From Oopsacas minuta (Eukaryota > Animalia > Porifera), in contig JAKMXF010000325.1 in assembly GCA_024704765.1 (NCBI GenBank), positions 275,739-339,738 on the forward strand: DNA of 64,000 nucleotides, written 5' to 3'. The translations under genes and the position numbers were made by a program. Positions 47,843 through 60,683 of the stretch are shown piece after piece; within the stretch, counting starts at the first letter, position 1, and each line of letters opens with the position of its first letter. The notes beneath the pieces were generated by a model. The model was not told the DNA's origin and made no database searches. It was given only the letters and a program-made list of their open reading frames with translations.

Positions 47843-50080
47843 GTTACCTTTCTTACAAGTATTAAATGAATAATCCATCAATAGTATGTGTATAGTTATG
47901 TACTTATTGTTCTATGCTATTCTTGTTTGTATACCATTAAAGAAAGCTCTATGGGGTTTGGCTGAGTCATTTTGGTGTCAATTTGGTACTATTTGGTCCG
48001 CTTTTTCAGTCCATTGTGCCAAATGTTTGATAGGTTCGATTCAGACCAGGGCGTCTATTTTCAGTTTTAGAGTGCGAAGCCCTCTTTAAAAATGGATGAT
48101 TGCTTGACCAGTGCTAATGAAAATTTACACCTAAGTTGTGATAAACAACAGAGGTAATAAAAATTAGTAAAAATTCGAGCAATTATCGTAATATATCAGA
48201 TAGAAACTCGTAAAGGGTGCCAAATTTTGATGATGAGTAAGCATTTTAATTGACTATTCTAATGGTAAACCTGGAAAAATAACGGTGGAACGTTTAGTCA
48301 GGTTCCTTGTATAATCTCGTTGGGGATTTGTCACACTTTATATTTTTGGATTGCTTATGACCTTAGGACTTAATTGAGTATGCTGAGTCCAAACATGATA
48401 TGGTAAACAACATTTCATAAACATTTGTTCACTTTTGGGGACATAAAGTAAGCAGATTTAAAGGTGAAGGCAGTATCATGTTTGCTACGGTTAAGATTTT
48501 ATGTACTCGAGGGCCTTAGGCCCAAGTGTGGACACGAAGTGTTCGCAACCGCGTAGCGCGAGCAAGCGAAGCGCGGTCGCCTTATTTAAATCTGAAGAGT
48601 GAAAAGGAGCGGGTTAGAGAGCGGTGGCATCATCAACAAATTTGTAAGGCTCCGTTGTTTCATGCTATGAGGTCATTGTAGAAAAATCAGTTTGGATATA
48701 ATGCTGAAATAGGTATTTAAGTGATAGGAAGCCACTCAGTCTGTATTAATTACTTATAAGAAATCGACCATGAGGAAACGATTTGCATCATCAACATATT
48801 ATACAGTTTGGATAGGGTTTAATGTAGAAACCGATTAGAATTATTATCTTATATGTACTAGGATACCAAATGGAATTTGTATATTTTCTATTATTTTCTA
48901 AATTCTTAAAATTGATATTTCGGTTATGAGCAAATATTTAACGTATTTACTTGAATAAGCGCTACAGTGCTTATTCATTTTGTAGCCATTTTATATTTTA
49001 GGGCGAAATATTTTCTTGATTTTTAAGAATAACAACAACTTTAACTATCCCAATTGATTACATAATGAAATTCCAGTACGCATGTTCTCGCAATGTGCAA
49101 TATGCCACATGTGTCATTAATGATATGGTGTTCCAATACTTTTGCCAGGGAGTGAATTTGCTGAATATCAATATTTCATAACAACCAATATTCTACGATA
49201 AATCACACAAAGGTAATGATATATTTGATATCATGTTTTGGGTCGTAAGAATAGACAACTATGCAAATGGTGTAAATCATTTCTAACGCTCGATTTCTTA
49301 TACATAAATAATATAGATTGAGTTGTTAGCTATATAGTTCTATCTAATTATCAGTCAAATACCAATAAAGCACTCTAACCAAAATGCATTCCTACAATGG
49401 CGTCATAGTATGATAACGAAGTTCTACACATAAGCTAATGATGACAATAGTTTCCCGAGTGTCAATTTCTTAGAGGTTAATAATGCAGATTGAATTGCTA
49501 TATATTACATAAAATCAAATATTCTGAACTTAAATAATAGTGGAAAACGGAGGGTCCGAACACAAAAAATCATATAACTCATAGGAAATATTCAGGAACC
49601 AAACTAAACTGTGTATAAAATAAAATATTCTTATAATCTATAAAATATAAAAATTTACAAAAATTTAGGTTCCTGAAATATCCCCGAATGCTATCTCATA
49701 GTTTTGGTTTCACCTTAACAGTCCCTGAATTAACACAAATAATGCCTCCAAATCCAAAATTTGCCATTTCCATTGGATTCCTTATAGTTCTTACTATTAA
49801 TAAGGTAAATGTAGAAGAGTCTAAAAATTACCACTGATTTGAAAAGAGAAATAGTTTTGAAATTTGGAGAAATGACTGTTCAATATTTTGTGACGTCACA
49901 ACTTAGAAAGCACATGAGCAAATGATTTGAAATTTGAATATACATGCGACTGGTTAGTAGACACCTACACAGCAATTTTTAGACAAAATCTGAGGAATGT
50001 TGGTAGCATGGAATCCCTCAATATATAATAGAATATATACGTGAAAAAATAACAACAATAAATCCAATTACTTAGAATCA

Positions 50081-51579
50081 TTAAATTTGTTTACAAAAAT
50101 TTTTCTTCCAAATTTTAAAATAAATAATGCTCCAAATTGTGAGAAGAGTAAAATATAAAAATGTAGTGATTAGAATTAAAAAAAAGCGTTGATCATCAAA
50201 AGACAAACCAGGTTCAAGAAAACCTGAAATCATTGGACCCAACCCATAAGCAAGGGTGTATGATGCAATTTGAACTGAACTCAATATCTCTGGCTAATTT
50301 CCTAATTTCCTAATTTCCTTTTCAAATTATCCGGAACATTCCACTCCATATCAACATATATCGCACCGTAAGCAAAGGTATACCCAGCACCAAGTAAAAA
50401 CTATCCTACATAAGTAACTACTATGTAGTAGTTAATAAAACTATTCTCCGATAGAGGTAAAATACTTATATTAACACAAGGTCGTCATACAAGAGATCTA
50501 TCTTGGAATATATAACAAAGCGGTGGTGTTAATACTAGTGCTAACATTAGTACTGGGAGACTCAACCAAATAAATACTAGCACACTTTCCCTCAATAATT
50601 ATGGCTATAAAAGGCAATAAAATTGTATAAAATAAATTAAGCATAACAATTATATAACCGATGTTTCAAATGAAGCGGAGTATATCCGTTCTAGATAAGG
50701 TACTATTGAGTTGTATTGGTACGACCAGCACATTGTAGCTACTAGATTGATTGCTACTATTGATAGGATATTTATGTTAGGGATTAATCGAAACACATTG
50801 AAATAGTCTTTGATACTTTTGCTGTCTACGCGTCCTATCTTTATGAACGAGAGATATAAGTGAACCTATAGTGCATGTCCAGATAAACGCTAGTCCAGCA
50901 TTGACAGCAAACGACTAAAACCATCCAGTGCGTTTATACAATACACCTTCAATTATCGGACTGATAATATAACCAATTCCTCCTATCGTTTCTATAATTG
51001 CCAGGACAGTATTGTGATGATTTGGAAAAAGTGCCATTCCTATAGACTAGCTAGATATGAATTTAGTAGCTAGATTAATCGAGAGAATTACCATGAGAAT
51101 GAAGGAATATATCACGAACCAGGAACTTGTCATTATATCGATATAACCGATCAGCAACATTAAAACACTTAGAGTCAGATATCCAGAAAAATACAGGAAT
51201 TTGGGACCGATAATCTTAATAAGAACCCAAAAAGCAATGCAGAAAATGAATATTAGGAATTTTAAGCAGACCGATTTGATCGCAAATAATAGCTGTAGAC
51301 ACACCTTTCTTATCTTCTGCGTAATTAGGATAGAACGGGCAAAATAATGTAAGACAACTTATGCTAACGACAGAGAAGAGGAATATCATAAGAAGATAGC
51401 CTACCATCTTCCAGGAGGGGATTGTTGAAAAAGAAGAGATTGGATTAAGGTTGATTTTGAGAAGAGGCGAGGTTTCGTTATGACACTCGGTTCTGTAATA
51501 AGAGATTCAATGGAAGTATTTCTGATGAATGGTGGCTAGAGCTGTCTTCCATCAACCTATCATCTTCTATTAATTCCAT
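50081..51579 (-). pseudogene. MFS transporter pseudogene (SLC18B1-like)
   Basis: Fragments: SCLTLFCPFYPNYAEDKKGVST, IIGPKFLYFSG, ALFPNHHNTVLAIIETIGGIGYIISP, TLAYGLGPMISGFL. Several frameshifts and stops. Confidence 0.72.
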
Positions 51580-52154
51580 TAGAGCTAATCTAAACTAAAG
51601 AAATAAATAGAGGGATAACATAATGGAGGTTACGGAATTGGATATTTTGATGGGTCCATGAAGGTCACCCGTGGAAAAAATAAGTTAACTAACCCAGAAT
51701 GTGTAGGTCACGGTCAACCCTAAAGTCTGGTGTACTTTGTGAATTCATTAGACGATTTCGATTGTATGTGTAAAATATCCTAACTGACTTGCACTCAACA
51801 GTATACAAGGAAAATGGATGCCAATTTATCACATGATGTTTGTCAATTGTCAGATGTAACTTATATATTACTACTCAAATTAAAATAATATTTAGGTGTC
51901 AGATCACGCCCGATTTGGCAGGTTCATGGTCCTGACATAAGACCTCAGGGCGGCCCAAAGAGACACAAAAACCTACGACGCCCACGACTACAGCCTCATT
52001 GGCGTCCCGCCTACTTATCACCTCTTAACACATTAAACACAACTAAGGATCTCCGAGTTGAATTCAAAATTAATACATAGTAAATCACAAAATAAAAGAA
52101 ATAGAGAATTCATACAATTTACCATCAAAAGTAACTAGCATATCTAATAATAAC

Positions 52155-52868
52155 TCAGTACTTCTGTTTATTAATAATATCAACAGAACCATCTTGATGT
52201 CCTAAATACAGACACTCAGTCATTCCTACAAATAATCCGTGTTCCAATACGCCAGGAATATTAATCACTCCATTAGCTACTGCTGTCAGATCTACTTCTA
52301 GAGGGAACTCCCAATCTAGAATAAAATTACCACTATCAGTAACTAATGGGCCAGCTTTTTTCTGAGCAATCCTAAGCACAGCATTACCACCGTATTTCTT
52401 CTCAATAGTTTGTTGAATAGGTTTGTAAGCTAAAGGCAATACTTCTATCGGTAGGCCTTTCATCCATGTTGTGCCCAGTTTATCAGAACGCTTACTAGAG
52501 TCTGCCATTACAACAAAGGCCCTAGAAAAATACGCGACGATCTTCTCTTGCGTGAGACAGCCACCACCTCCCTTTATACAAGTAAGATTCTTATCTATCT
52601 CATCAGCTCCATCAAAGGCTACGTCTATGACAGGACATTGTTCTAAAGTCGTTAAAGGCAAGGCATGCTCAATAATTAATTGTTGTGCCTGGAATGAAGT
52701 AGGAATACACTTTACACTCAAGTTTTCTGACTTTACGCGTTTAGCTAACTCCTGAACACCGTATACAATTGTTGATCCACTTCCTATTCCAATTACCTGT
52801 CCATTCTTCACGTAATCTGTGATTGCTCTTATAGCCGCGGCTTGTTTGCCTAAATTTTGAGCAGCCAT
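52155..52868 (-). CDS. RPIA: Ribose-5-phosphate isomerase A, intronless, 237 aa
   Basis: IGIGSGSTI, PTSFQA, DVAFDGADEID, IKGGGGCLTQEKIVA, PIEV, TDSGNFILD, PGVLEHGLF. Likely start is MAAQNL at 52868. Confidence 0.96.
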   Translation of the reverse strand: MAAQNLGKQAAAIRAITDYVKNGQVIGIGSGSTIVYGVQELAKRVKSENLSVKCIPTSFQAQQLIIEHALPLTTLEQCPVIDVAFDGADEIDKNLTCIKGGGGCLTQEKIVAYFSRAFVVMADSSKRSDKLGTTWMKGLPIEVLPLAYKPIQQTIEKKYGGNAVLRIAQKKAGPLVTDSGNFILDWEFPLEVDLTAVANGVINIPGVLEHGLFVGMTECLYLGHQDGSVDIINKQKY

Positions 52869-53165
52869 ACTGGTGGAATGGTGAGCAATATGGATATAAT
52901 GGATTAGCAAGCTTCTAACTAGTAAGTTAGTATTGTGAATAGAAATATTTAGTATGTGGTACATTGTGTAAAATGAAAAGTCAATCGAATAAAAGCATTC
53001 TTAATTTTCATGGTCAAATTAGTCTATTAAGTATAAATACACTAATTCACCACGTGATTTAATCATAGACGGGCTCGTCGTTTCGCGATGAACTCGGAGC
53101 ATTGGGCCTCGAGGTATCCATTATTCTCCAAATTGACGGCCCCTTTGAGTATTATAATGCAGATA

Positions 53166-53450
53166 TCTATATTATTAAATCACAATTGTTGTCTGTCTGT
53201 CTGTCTGCCTGTCTGTTTGTCTGTTTGTTTATTTGTCCGTTGTAAAGGAAAGGATATTACGGTATATACTATATGTGTGTAGGTTTGTCTGGCCGCAACA
53301 TTGAAGGATGTCAAGTTATGGATGAATATTGGCCCAAATATGCCACCCATGGTCACTACGATAACTCTGGAATGGGCGAACTTTATAATGACAAAATTTT
53401 GATATTTTTTGTACAGCAACATCCTTAGATTCTATGCTATAATTTTGAAA
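53166..53450 (+). mobile_element. Helitron-like 5' end with (GTCT)n microsatellite (3' extent unknown)
   Basis: A|TCTATATTATTAAATCAC followed by TGTCTGTCTGTCTGTCTGCCTGTCTGTTTG, the layout of Lep1-type non-autonomous Helitrons. Confidence 0.55.
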
Positions 53451-55026
53451 CCGTAAATGTGTTAATTTCGTTTCTACGTAATTTCAAAAGAGGAGCATTT
53501 TCTGACATATTTGCTAACTAAGCAAACAGATGACGTCATTTTGGCCTGAAAATAGTTTGTAGATGTAGACTATGAGTAGTGTCAAATATCAATAATATAT
53601 ATATTCTGGCCAAAATGTACCGTTTAAATTTTATCGCAACTAATATATCTCCTTAGAACTGACTTACCCAATCCCTGGTCCAAGTCCATTAATCAGCACC
53701 ATTGGCTTAGTGTATAGAATGCTATGGTAATACAAATGTCATTGTGGCAAGAGTAGGTGTGATAGGGATTAATTATTGAATCTAGGAAATGGACCATTCT
53801 AGACAAAGGTTCTGACCAAATTTCAGATGGATTGATTGAGAATTGACATAATTATTAAGTGTTAAGTTGTGCTCATATTTCATTGTTGGAATTCGCTGCT
53901 GAGTTCACACTCGTGAACTTTTAGGAAGAATATCTTGCGTCATGGTTTCACTGAATGACCATAACCTCATCATCTATGAAACCATATGCAAGAATTGAAT
54001 CTTTTTGGTCATTGGCCTCTCACTGCCATGGCCGGATCACCCAATAGGCTAAGCAGGCTGCAGCCTAGGTCCCCCTGGATTCTGGGGCCCCGAAAAATAT
54101 GATCATCGTAATTTTTTATTGGAATTGATTCATTTTAGATCAATCAAAGTGTTATTCTTCCCTCTTACAATTTCATCAGTTATTTGCTCTTCAATTATTA
54201 CAATTAGATATTTATTTCCTTGTTAGCTGTTATGCAACACATACATGTCTGAACGCTCCAGGCATAAATCTGGTGCAGAGAAGAGAAATAGACGTCATGA
54301 AAGCAATGAGCGTGATGAAAAAATGTTGCCAAGATTCCGAAACTGACAAACATATTTCTAACGGTGAGTTTGTACAAATCCAAACTATATAAAGTGGAAA
54401 TCCCCACAAATACATGTAGTAGTGACCCGTCATCGTAAGCCATGGATGTTCAGCCAGTTGTCACAGAAGCTGAGGCTGAGTTCACGGTGGATACCTTGGA
54501 AAGGACTGTCCCGGCTGCTTCACCTATGTCTGTGTTTGATACAGATTTAGCAAAAAGGCCTGAAGAAATAACTCAAATATATGCACGCGCGAATATTGGG
54601 CACAATGTGGAAGTGAATATTGTCAGCATTCCGATGTTAACTTTGAGGCATCAAAGATCGTTGACGGAAATCGACAAGCCCGATATTTCATCTCGTGAAG
54701 ACATATTCAAGTGATTTGTAATTAACTTTAAGCGAAGAAATTGTGCAATTTGCTGAATTTGTTCAATAAAACGTCAACAGTTATCTGGCAACGTAAAAGT
54801 CGAAATGTCTCGCATCTTAATGGAGCTTGGAATTCGTGGAACATTTCCGAATGTGGATGTGGCCTATTGTCTCTATTTGACACTACTTGTTTCAAATTGC
54901 ACAGGAGAGAGATCCTTTTCAACGTTGAAACGAGTCAAGAATGAAATCCGCACAACAATGAAAGATGAACGATTGAATCAACGATTTCTCTTGTGTATTG
55001 AGAGTGCCATTCTCCGTGATATAGAC

Positions 55027-55187
55027 CAGGGTTTCTCACACTTTCATGCGCTATGGCCACACTTTTTAGAAATTTTATATCATGACCACACCCGGGTCGA
55101 CATATTTGGTCAGGTTTGGTCATGGAGCTTCAACTTGACCAAAAATCCACATAGAAAATCTCTGTGACTACAAGTTGAGAAACCCTG
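55027..55187. mobile_element. hAT MITE, 161 bp
   Basis: TIR CAGGGTTTCTCA / TGAGAAACCCTG, with a perfect 8-bp TSD ATATAGAC at 55019-55026 and 55188-55195. Confidence 0.93.
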
Positions 55188-55408
55188 ATATAGACTTCAA
55201 TATCGTTATTTCAAAGTTCGCCAAATTGAAAGCCAGGAAAATATATTTTCTGTAAACAGAGTTTGGACCGCCAACTATATAATAATTATATAAGTAACAT
55301 TACAATACACTTAAATATAGTTATTTTGTGATTCATACATTGGTTGAAGGGAGAAGGTAGGGGCACATAATTCTAACCAGCCTATGAGCCCAGAAATCCA
55401 TGATCCGG

Positions 55409-55687
55409 TGTATCAGCCTAGATTAACCTCCCAACACAGTTTAATCCTTAGGCATAGTCTGGGCTAGCCTAGATTAACCCCCAGGTATAAACTTGGCTAT
55501 CCCCCGGGGTTAAGCTAGGCTAGCCCAGTTTATACGCTTTAGCCCAGGTTATACCCTCAAAAGGGGGTTAATCTAGGCTCAGAAGGTATAATCTGGGCTA
55601 AGCCAGTTTAAACCCCGGGGCATAAACTAGCCTAACCTAGTTTGTACCCAGGTATATTCTGGCGGGGGGTTAATTTGAGCTGCTACA
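55409..55687. mobile_element. 279-bp TGT...ACA non-autonomous element with CCGG TSD (Ginger-like)
   Basis: CCGG|TGTATCAGCCTAGATTAACC...GGTTAATTTGAGCTGCTACA|CCGG, with internal GCTAGCC/ATTAACCCC sub-repeats. Confidence 0.65.
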
Positions 55688-55696
55688 CCGGTCCTG

Positions 55697-58600
55697 TTAG
55701 AACTCCGTTACACTCCTTCCCCTACAACTAGAACTACGCGGTCTTTAGAGCTGGTAATCTTCCAAATACTTAGGCATGAGCTTTGTCCTCTGAGGTCTAA
55801 TCCTATTACCTGTATCCTCTAAGTTTATGAGTTATTAGGTGTTGAACTAGCGAGACTAATATTTTGGTTGAATGGTGATAGACATTGCACACTGTTTGAT
55901 ATTGATTCATTAATAGCCTCGTTCTGTGATGATATATTTAATAAAGTGCTAGAATCGGTAGACACCTTGCTACCCTCTTCACGTGATTCATTAAACATTG
56001 ATGTATTATTCAACGACCTTGACCTTTCATTCAACTATTGGTTATCCGTTGACAGAACCTCAGTACTCTTACATGACGACTGGAGTGGTGAGTGCGTACC
56101 ATATTCATCTATCCTACGAATATGTGGTTGAAGTTGGTTTACGAGTGCGGTCTTAATTTTACCATTTCTGTTTGGATTGACACATCAACTGGCCCTTTGA
56201 TATCAATTACTTGTCATCCACTTTCCCATCTGTCGGCTAACCTTTTAGCCACTCCCATATGTGGAAGAGAAAGCCAAACATGATCCTCAGCTCTAAATTT
56301 CAGGACATTATCCAAATTTGTACTCCTGTCATAAAACTCATTAAGCCTCCTCTGCGCTTGAATAAGTTGTCCTTCGACAAATAAAAGCGTTCATATGAAG
56401 TCTGGTTATGCCATGAAGTGGTTGTAAACAACTTGTTCTGGGACTCTCTCGTCCATACATGATTTGAAACGAAGATATAACCGTGCTAGAGTGTTTCAAA
56501 GTGCGATATGCGAATAGTACCAATTGTAAGTATTTTTCCCAGTCCTCATTCTTCTCAGCATAGCATCGGAGCATCTGGAGGACTGTTCTATTACTTCTTT
56601 CTACCAAATATTGCCCTGAGGATGGAAGAAGTTGAATGAGTTTTTCCAGATTCCTGATGCGTTGCACGTTTCTTTCAAGAGCTGTGATTCAAATTTCGTT
56701 CTTGATCGGAATGAAGGTACTCAGGAATTCCATACCACACCTAGAAATACCTCAACCAGAATTTCTGTTATTGTTTTTTATTTTGATTAGACATCATAGG
56801 GTAACATTCCAACCACTTTGTAAATGTGTCCTCTACTACTAAGAGGTACATATTCCATTTACTACTGACCGGAACCTCCAAGACATCTACCTGAAGTAGT
56901 TGCATGGTGTGTCCAATAGGTGTGTGTTAATTAAATGAGCTTTAGTTGCCAGAGGAAGTTTAGCTTTCTGACATGCTTCGCACGATTTCACATATATATT
57001 TACGTCCGTATTCATGTTAACCCAAAAAGCTAAATCTTTCAAGATACTTAACGTACGTTCCTCACCTTGATAACCAGCATGGTCATGCGCGTCTGGCGGA
57101 GGAAATCACGACGCATTTATTTAAGGTGCCATGATAATGGTTAGTAGATCAGAAAAAGGGCGCGTGTATAATTGCAGGTAACAGCACCATCAACCAGTTG
57201 CAACTGAGACCCAATCTACTGTTAGTATCGTTTCAGCTCAGATCGATTCCATTGAGGAGTCGAAAAACGTTGAGAAATCGGAATATCGCTAATACATACA
57301 GCACCTTTCCTAATACTGAGTCATTGAGCTGTTTACTTCGGAGTTCTTTCATTGTAGGAAAGTGATAGTCCTGTAAGCGCACAATGGAATTACGTATGTG
57401 AGGGATTCAGGGGCCTTAATCACTAAACTACTCAAACTTAAGTATTGCTAAAACTAAGTATTTACTTAGTTTTCCCTTACTGAACTAAGTATTTTTAAGT
57501 CTAGTCTGGAGGTGACTTAACTCATCATATTTTTATCATAAGAGTGTACTTTCCTAGGTTAGATGTTTTATCATATTTAAGATTCCTTCTTGTCTTGTAA
57601 TTCACTTTTATTACGTAAATTTGACTGCTGAAGTGCGTAATAATTTTACGCGCTTGCGCTAATTCCTGATTTACGCAATACATGATTTAATTAGTTTGCA
57701 ATATACAATTATATCATTGTGGTGTCAATGGCAGCACTGTAATTAACATGGCAAAATGTATTTAAGGAAGAGTATAGATACCTCTTTTTACAACACTTAT
57801 TACCTAACAAATTCTACACACGATAAAATCCTATCATTTATCACGACACATTGGCTACTACAAAGACTCGAGCAAAGAACTTTTCAACATATACTTAACT
57901 AATACTTAATTTATACTTAGTTTTCTGTCAAAACTAAGTATATACTAAGTATTGGGTAAGTATATGTGCATTGATGAAAACTTAGCAAAAACTAAGTTTT
58001 ACTTAGTTTCGAGTTAAGTTTAAGATAAGTAGTTTAGTAAATAAGGCCCCTGGTTTGAGTCTGTGTTTTCCGTTATTGATGTACGATACAATGCATCCGC
58101 GTTATCATTTGTATTTCCTGACCTATACTGTATTACGAAATCATATTCTTGTAACATGCTGCCCAACGCCACAACCGCCCTATACTCTTCTGCCTTGCTA
58201 ACCACACCCAAGGATTATGATCTGTGAATATGACAAAATTTCTCCCTATCAGATAATGTCGGAAGCGTTTTACTGCCTTCACAATTACAAGACATTCTAA
58301 CTCAACTATACTGTAATTTTTTCGGACTCAGCTGGCACATTTTGAATTCTCTACAATGTCTGCAGAGTTAATGTTACCAATAGTAGGCCCCGTTGCCACC
58401 CCTTTTAGCAAAGTTATGGTTGATCCGATGGCTCGCTAAGAAATCAGTGCCGAGAATACAATCTATAATTAATGGAGAAGTAATTGTACACTTCTGAGAA
58501 GTTCGTAATTCACCGATCTGAATTTCTAAATTTACTTCTCCCAGAGAGTTCATCCTTTCTCAGAAGTGGTTAGCAACAGTGCTCTCCTGGTGCTATTTTG

Positions 58601-59015
58601 ATCCACTAAAATCAGTAAAGAAAAGTGTCTGAAATTAGGCTGTCAGAAGATCCACTATCTATCATCATAGCTCTACAATTCAAGTCCTCGATTTGACTTA
58701 ACAAGTGTATTGGTTTAACAGGTTTACACAGTGACACGGAACTTCCCTGGCTATGATGACATAAACTTGTTTGAGCCGTATCTAATTTTTCTGGGATCCG
58801 GTCTTGGCTCTTCCAACAGGTTTCCTGTAGTTTAACGTCTGTCCTATAGGAGTTTCTGGGCAATTTCTCATCACATGTCCTATCTGATTACAAATGTAAC
58901 AACACACTGCTCTTCTAGAGTTTCGATTAGAACTTGGACAAGTTTGAGCATAATAGCCCCACTACCACCACAAACAAAACATTTAACATCTCTCTGTTTC
59001 CTTCCTTCTGGTATA
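55697..59015 (-). mobile_element. Ty3/Gypsy LTR-retrotransposon remnant (gag knuckles, protease, RNase H, integrase; RT missing)
   Basis: CFVCGGSG and CYICNQIGHVMRNC zinc knuckles; MIDSGS protease; EKNYSIVELECL..F.HYLIG..F...TDH RNase H; EYDFVIQYRSG..N.NADAL; integrase HHCC and VERSNRT...W...L..VLFAYR. A PPT (AGGGGAAGGAG) is followed by TGTAAC at 55712. Confidence 0.9.
57408..58052. mobile_element. 645-bp MITE (PIF/Harbinger-like termini) inserted in the Gypsy pol region
   Basis: 25-bp TIR CAGGGGCCTTAATCACTAAACTACT vs reverse complement CAGGGGCCTTATTTACTAAACTACT, with subterminal ACTAAGTA repeats. TSD not evident. Confidence 0.8.
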
Positions 59016-59195
59016 CCGCGAGTTTAAAACAAAAATGGAGATTAAATTATTTTCCAATACGATTCCAATTTGTATTTTGTGCAAAGTAAATAGCTTATTA
59101 ATGCATTCCTTAAACATCACTCAATTTGTTGAATAGTGTATAAATGTTATGTCGATTTTATAAATGTCTGTAAATTACATGAAATCGACATACTA

Positions 59196-59360
59196 CAGTA
59201 GAACTCAGTTATAAGTACTCAGCTTGAGAAGTACTTTTCTCAAAAACTAATTTTCAATTCTTGTACTAAACCCATAGGAAAAATAATTGGATAAGACGTA
59301 CTTCGGTTAGTACGTACTAATTTTGTTTCCCTAGGGGGACGTGTTACCTGAGTTCTACCG
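59196..59360. mobile_element. 165-bp Tigger/pogo-like MITE
   Basis: ta-CAGTAGAACTCAG...CTGAGTTCTACCG-ta. Confidence 0.8.
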
Positions 59361-59687
59361 TAATCCGAAAACAGTATTGTGTACTTATTGATATTCAGTA
59401 ACCTGCAAATGTTGGACACAGGAAATGTATTATAGTCGTATAGCAGTGTTCCGTAACCCCCATTTGCCGGAATGTATATGTACTTTACAGAATGCGAATT
59501 TTGCTTGTAGGTTTTGATTTCAATTAATATTTTAGACACTAATCTGATCCTATTTAATATCTATGCAGCAGTCACTAACTTTGTTCCAGCCTACATGCCA
59601 GCAAACCTTTCGTCCATCAAATCCTAGGATAGTTTTTAGCATTACGTGGCGCTAAATTTTCGCTCACTAGTAATGTTAACAGATAAT

Positions 59688-59913
59688 CAGAGTTGCGGTG
59701 GAATGGAAATGGGAATCCTATGAAAGTCCTATTTCTGGAAATCCTTTAGGGTTAGTTCTTTGTAGTACTAGTAACCGTATACATTCCTAACAGGTAATAT
59801 CATTTCCTATTTATTTAATCAAATTAAGTTATTAGGATGTGGGAATTCAATTGGAATCAAATGGGGAAATCATTTGGAAATGGGAGTGAAATTTCATTCC
59901 CAAGGCAACCCTG
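59688..59913. mobile_element. hAT-type MITE, 226 bp
   Basis: CAGAGTTGC...GCAACCCTG, with flanks CAGATAAT / CACATAAT (7/8 TSD). Related GGGAATGGGAAT fragments occur at ~7078 and ~61170-61371. Confidence 0.75.
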
Positions 59914-60533
59914 CACATAATATTAACATATTCCAGATTAGGTGAAACAATTGCAAAATAAGAAAGTATGCGACGAATTCACTGGCCTGGACGACACCTG
60001 TTAGAGCTAGTGGGTGTCCTTATGGATTATGAACGTGAAATGCAATAGTTATACAAGAATGTCATCCCTGGATAAGGGAAATGCACCCCTAGACGGTTGT
60101 TAGATAAGAAATATGAAAATCATAAGTACATAGTTATGCGACATCTCAGAATAGAGAAATTCGAATTATATACAACATTCCATAAACCCTTTCCTTGACA
60201 ACGAATAACAGACATAAAGACAACAATGGCAATTTAATAGTATAGATACACACACATACTTACAGAATAATTACTGTATATTTATTTGTATAGAAAAACA
60301 GATTAATCGCATTTTAATAGATTCAATTGAGCAATAAAGGTATACAGGATATTATACAATACAAAGAGTCAAATAATGCAAGAAATATAATGTCATATTT
60401 AAGTTCAGATAATGCAAGGAATATGATGTCATAAATACAAATGAGTATACATTGTATATAAAAGTTCGTAAATTATAAGAACTTAGCAGAGTCGAACACA
60501 CGAAACAAACAATATCAGATTATATCAAGTATC

Positions 60534-60683
60534 ATGGGTAACGCTGTAACACGGGAAGGATCTGGAAATGCTGAAACATCTGAGCAAGGAGAGGGAGGAT
60601 TGGAACCGGTAAGCCTAGTTATTGGATTTATTGCAGGACTTATTGTGGGAACATCCAATGGAGACAGAAAAAATGATAATTAA
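60534..60683 (+). CDS. Candidate 49-aa microprotein (N-myristoylation-like MGNAVT, one GxxxG-rich TM segment)
   Basis: atcATGG start; reads MGNAVTREGSGNAETSEQGEGGLEPVSLVIGFIAGLIVGTSNGDRKNDN*. The ORF is a G-richer island within AT-rich flanks. Confidence 0.45.
   Translation: MGNAVTREGSGNAETSEQGEGGLEPVSLVIGFIAGLIVGTSNGDRKNDN

Larger units (their letters stand above)
54027..55696 (+). mobile_element. Internally deleted hAT element with a transposase C-terminal (dimerisation domain) remnant
   Basis: FPNVDVAYCLYLTLLVSNCTGERSFSTLKRVKNEIRTTM..ERL, continuing DFNIVISKFAKLKARK after the MITE is removed (stop 55253-55255). Ends are CATGGCCGGATCA and TGATCCGG[insert]TCCTG. No matching TSD seen. Confidence 0.75.

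Noticed and set aside
52155-52964. RPIA as a bacterial horizontal transfer or contaminant; also the ORF-track start at 52964
   Set aside because: The IKGGGGCLTQEKIVA motif is the animal-type sequence and the flanks carry host repeats. The upstream extension is non-homologous and depends on an alternative start codon.
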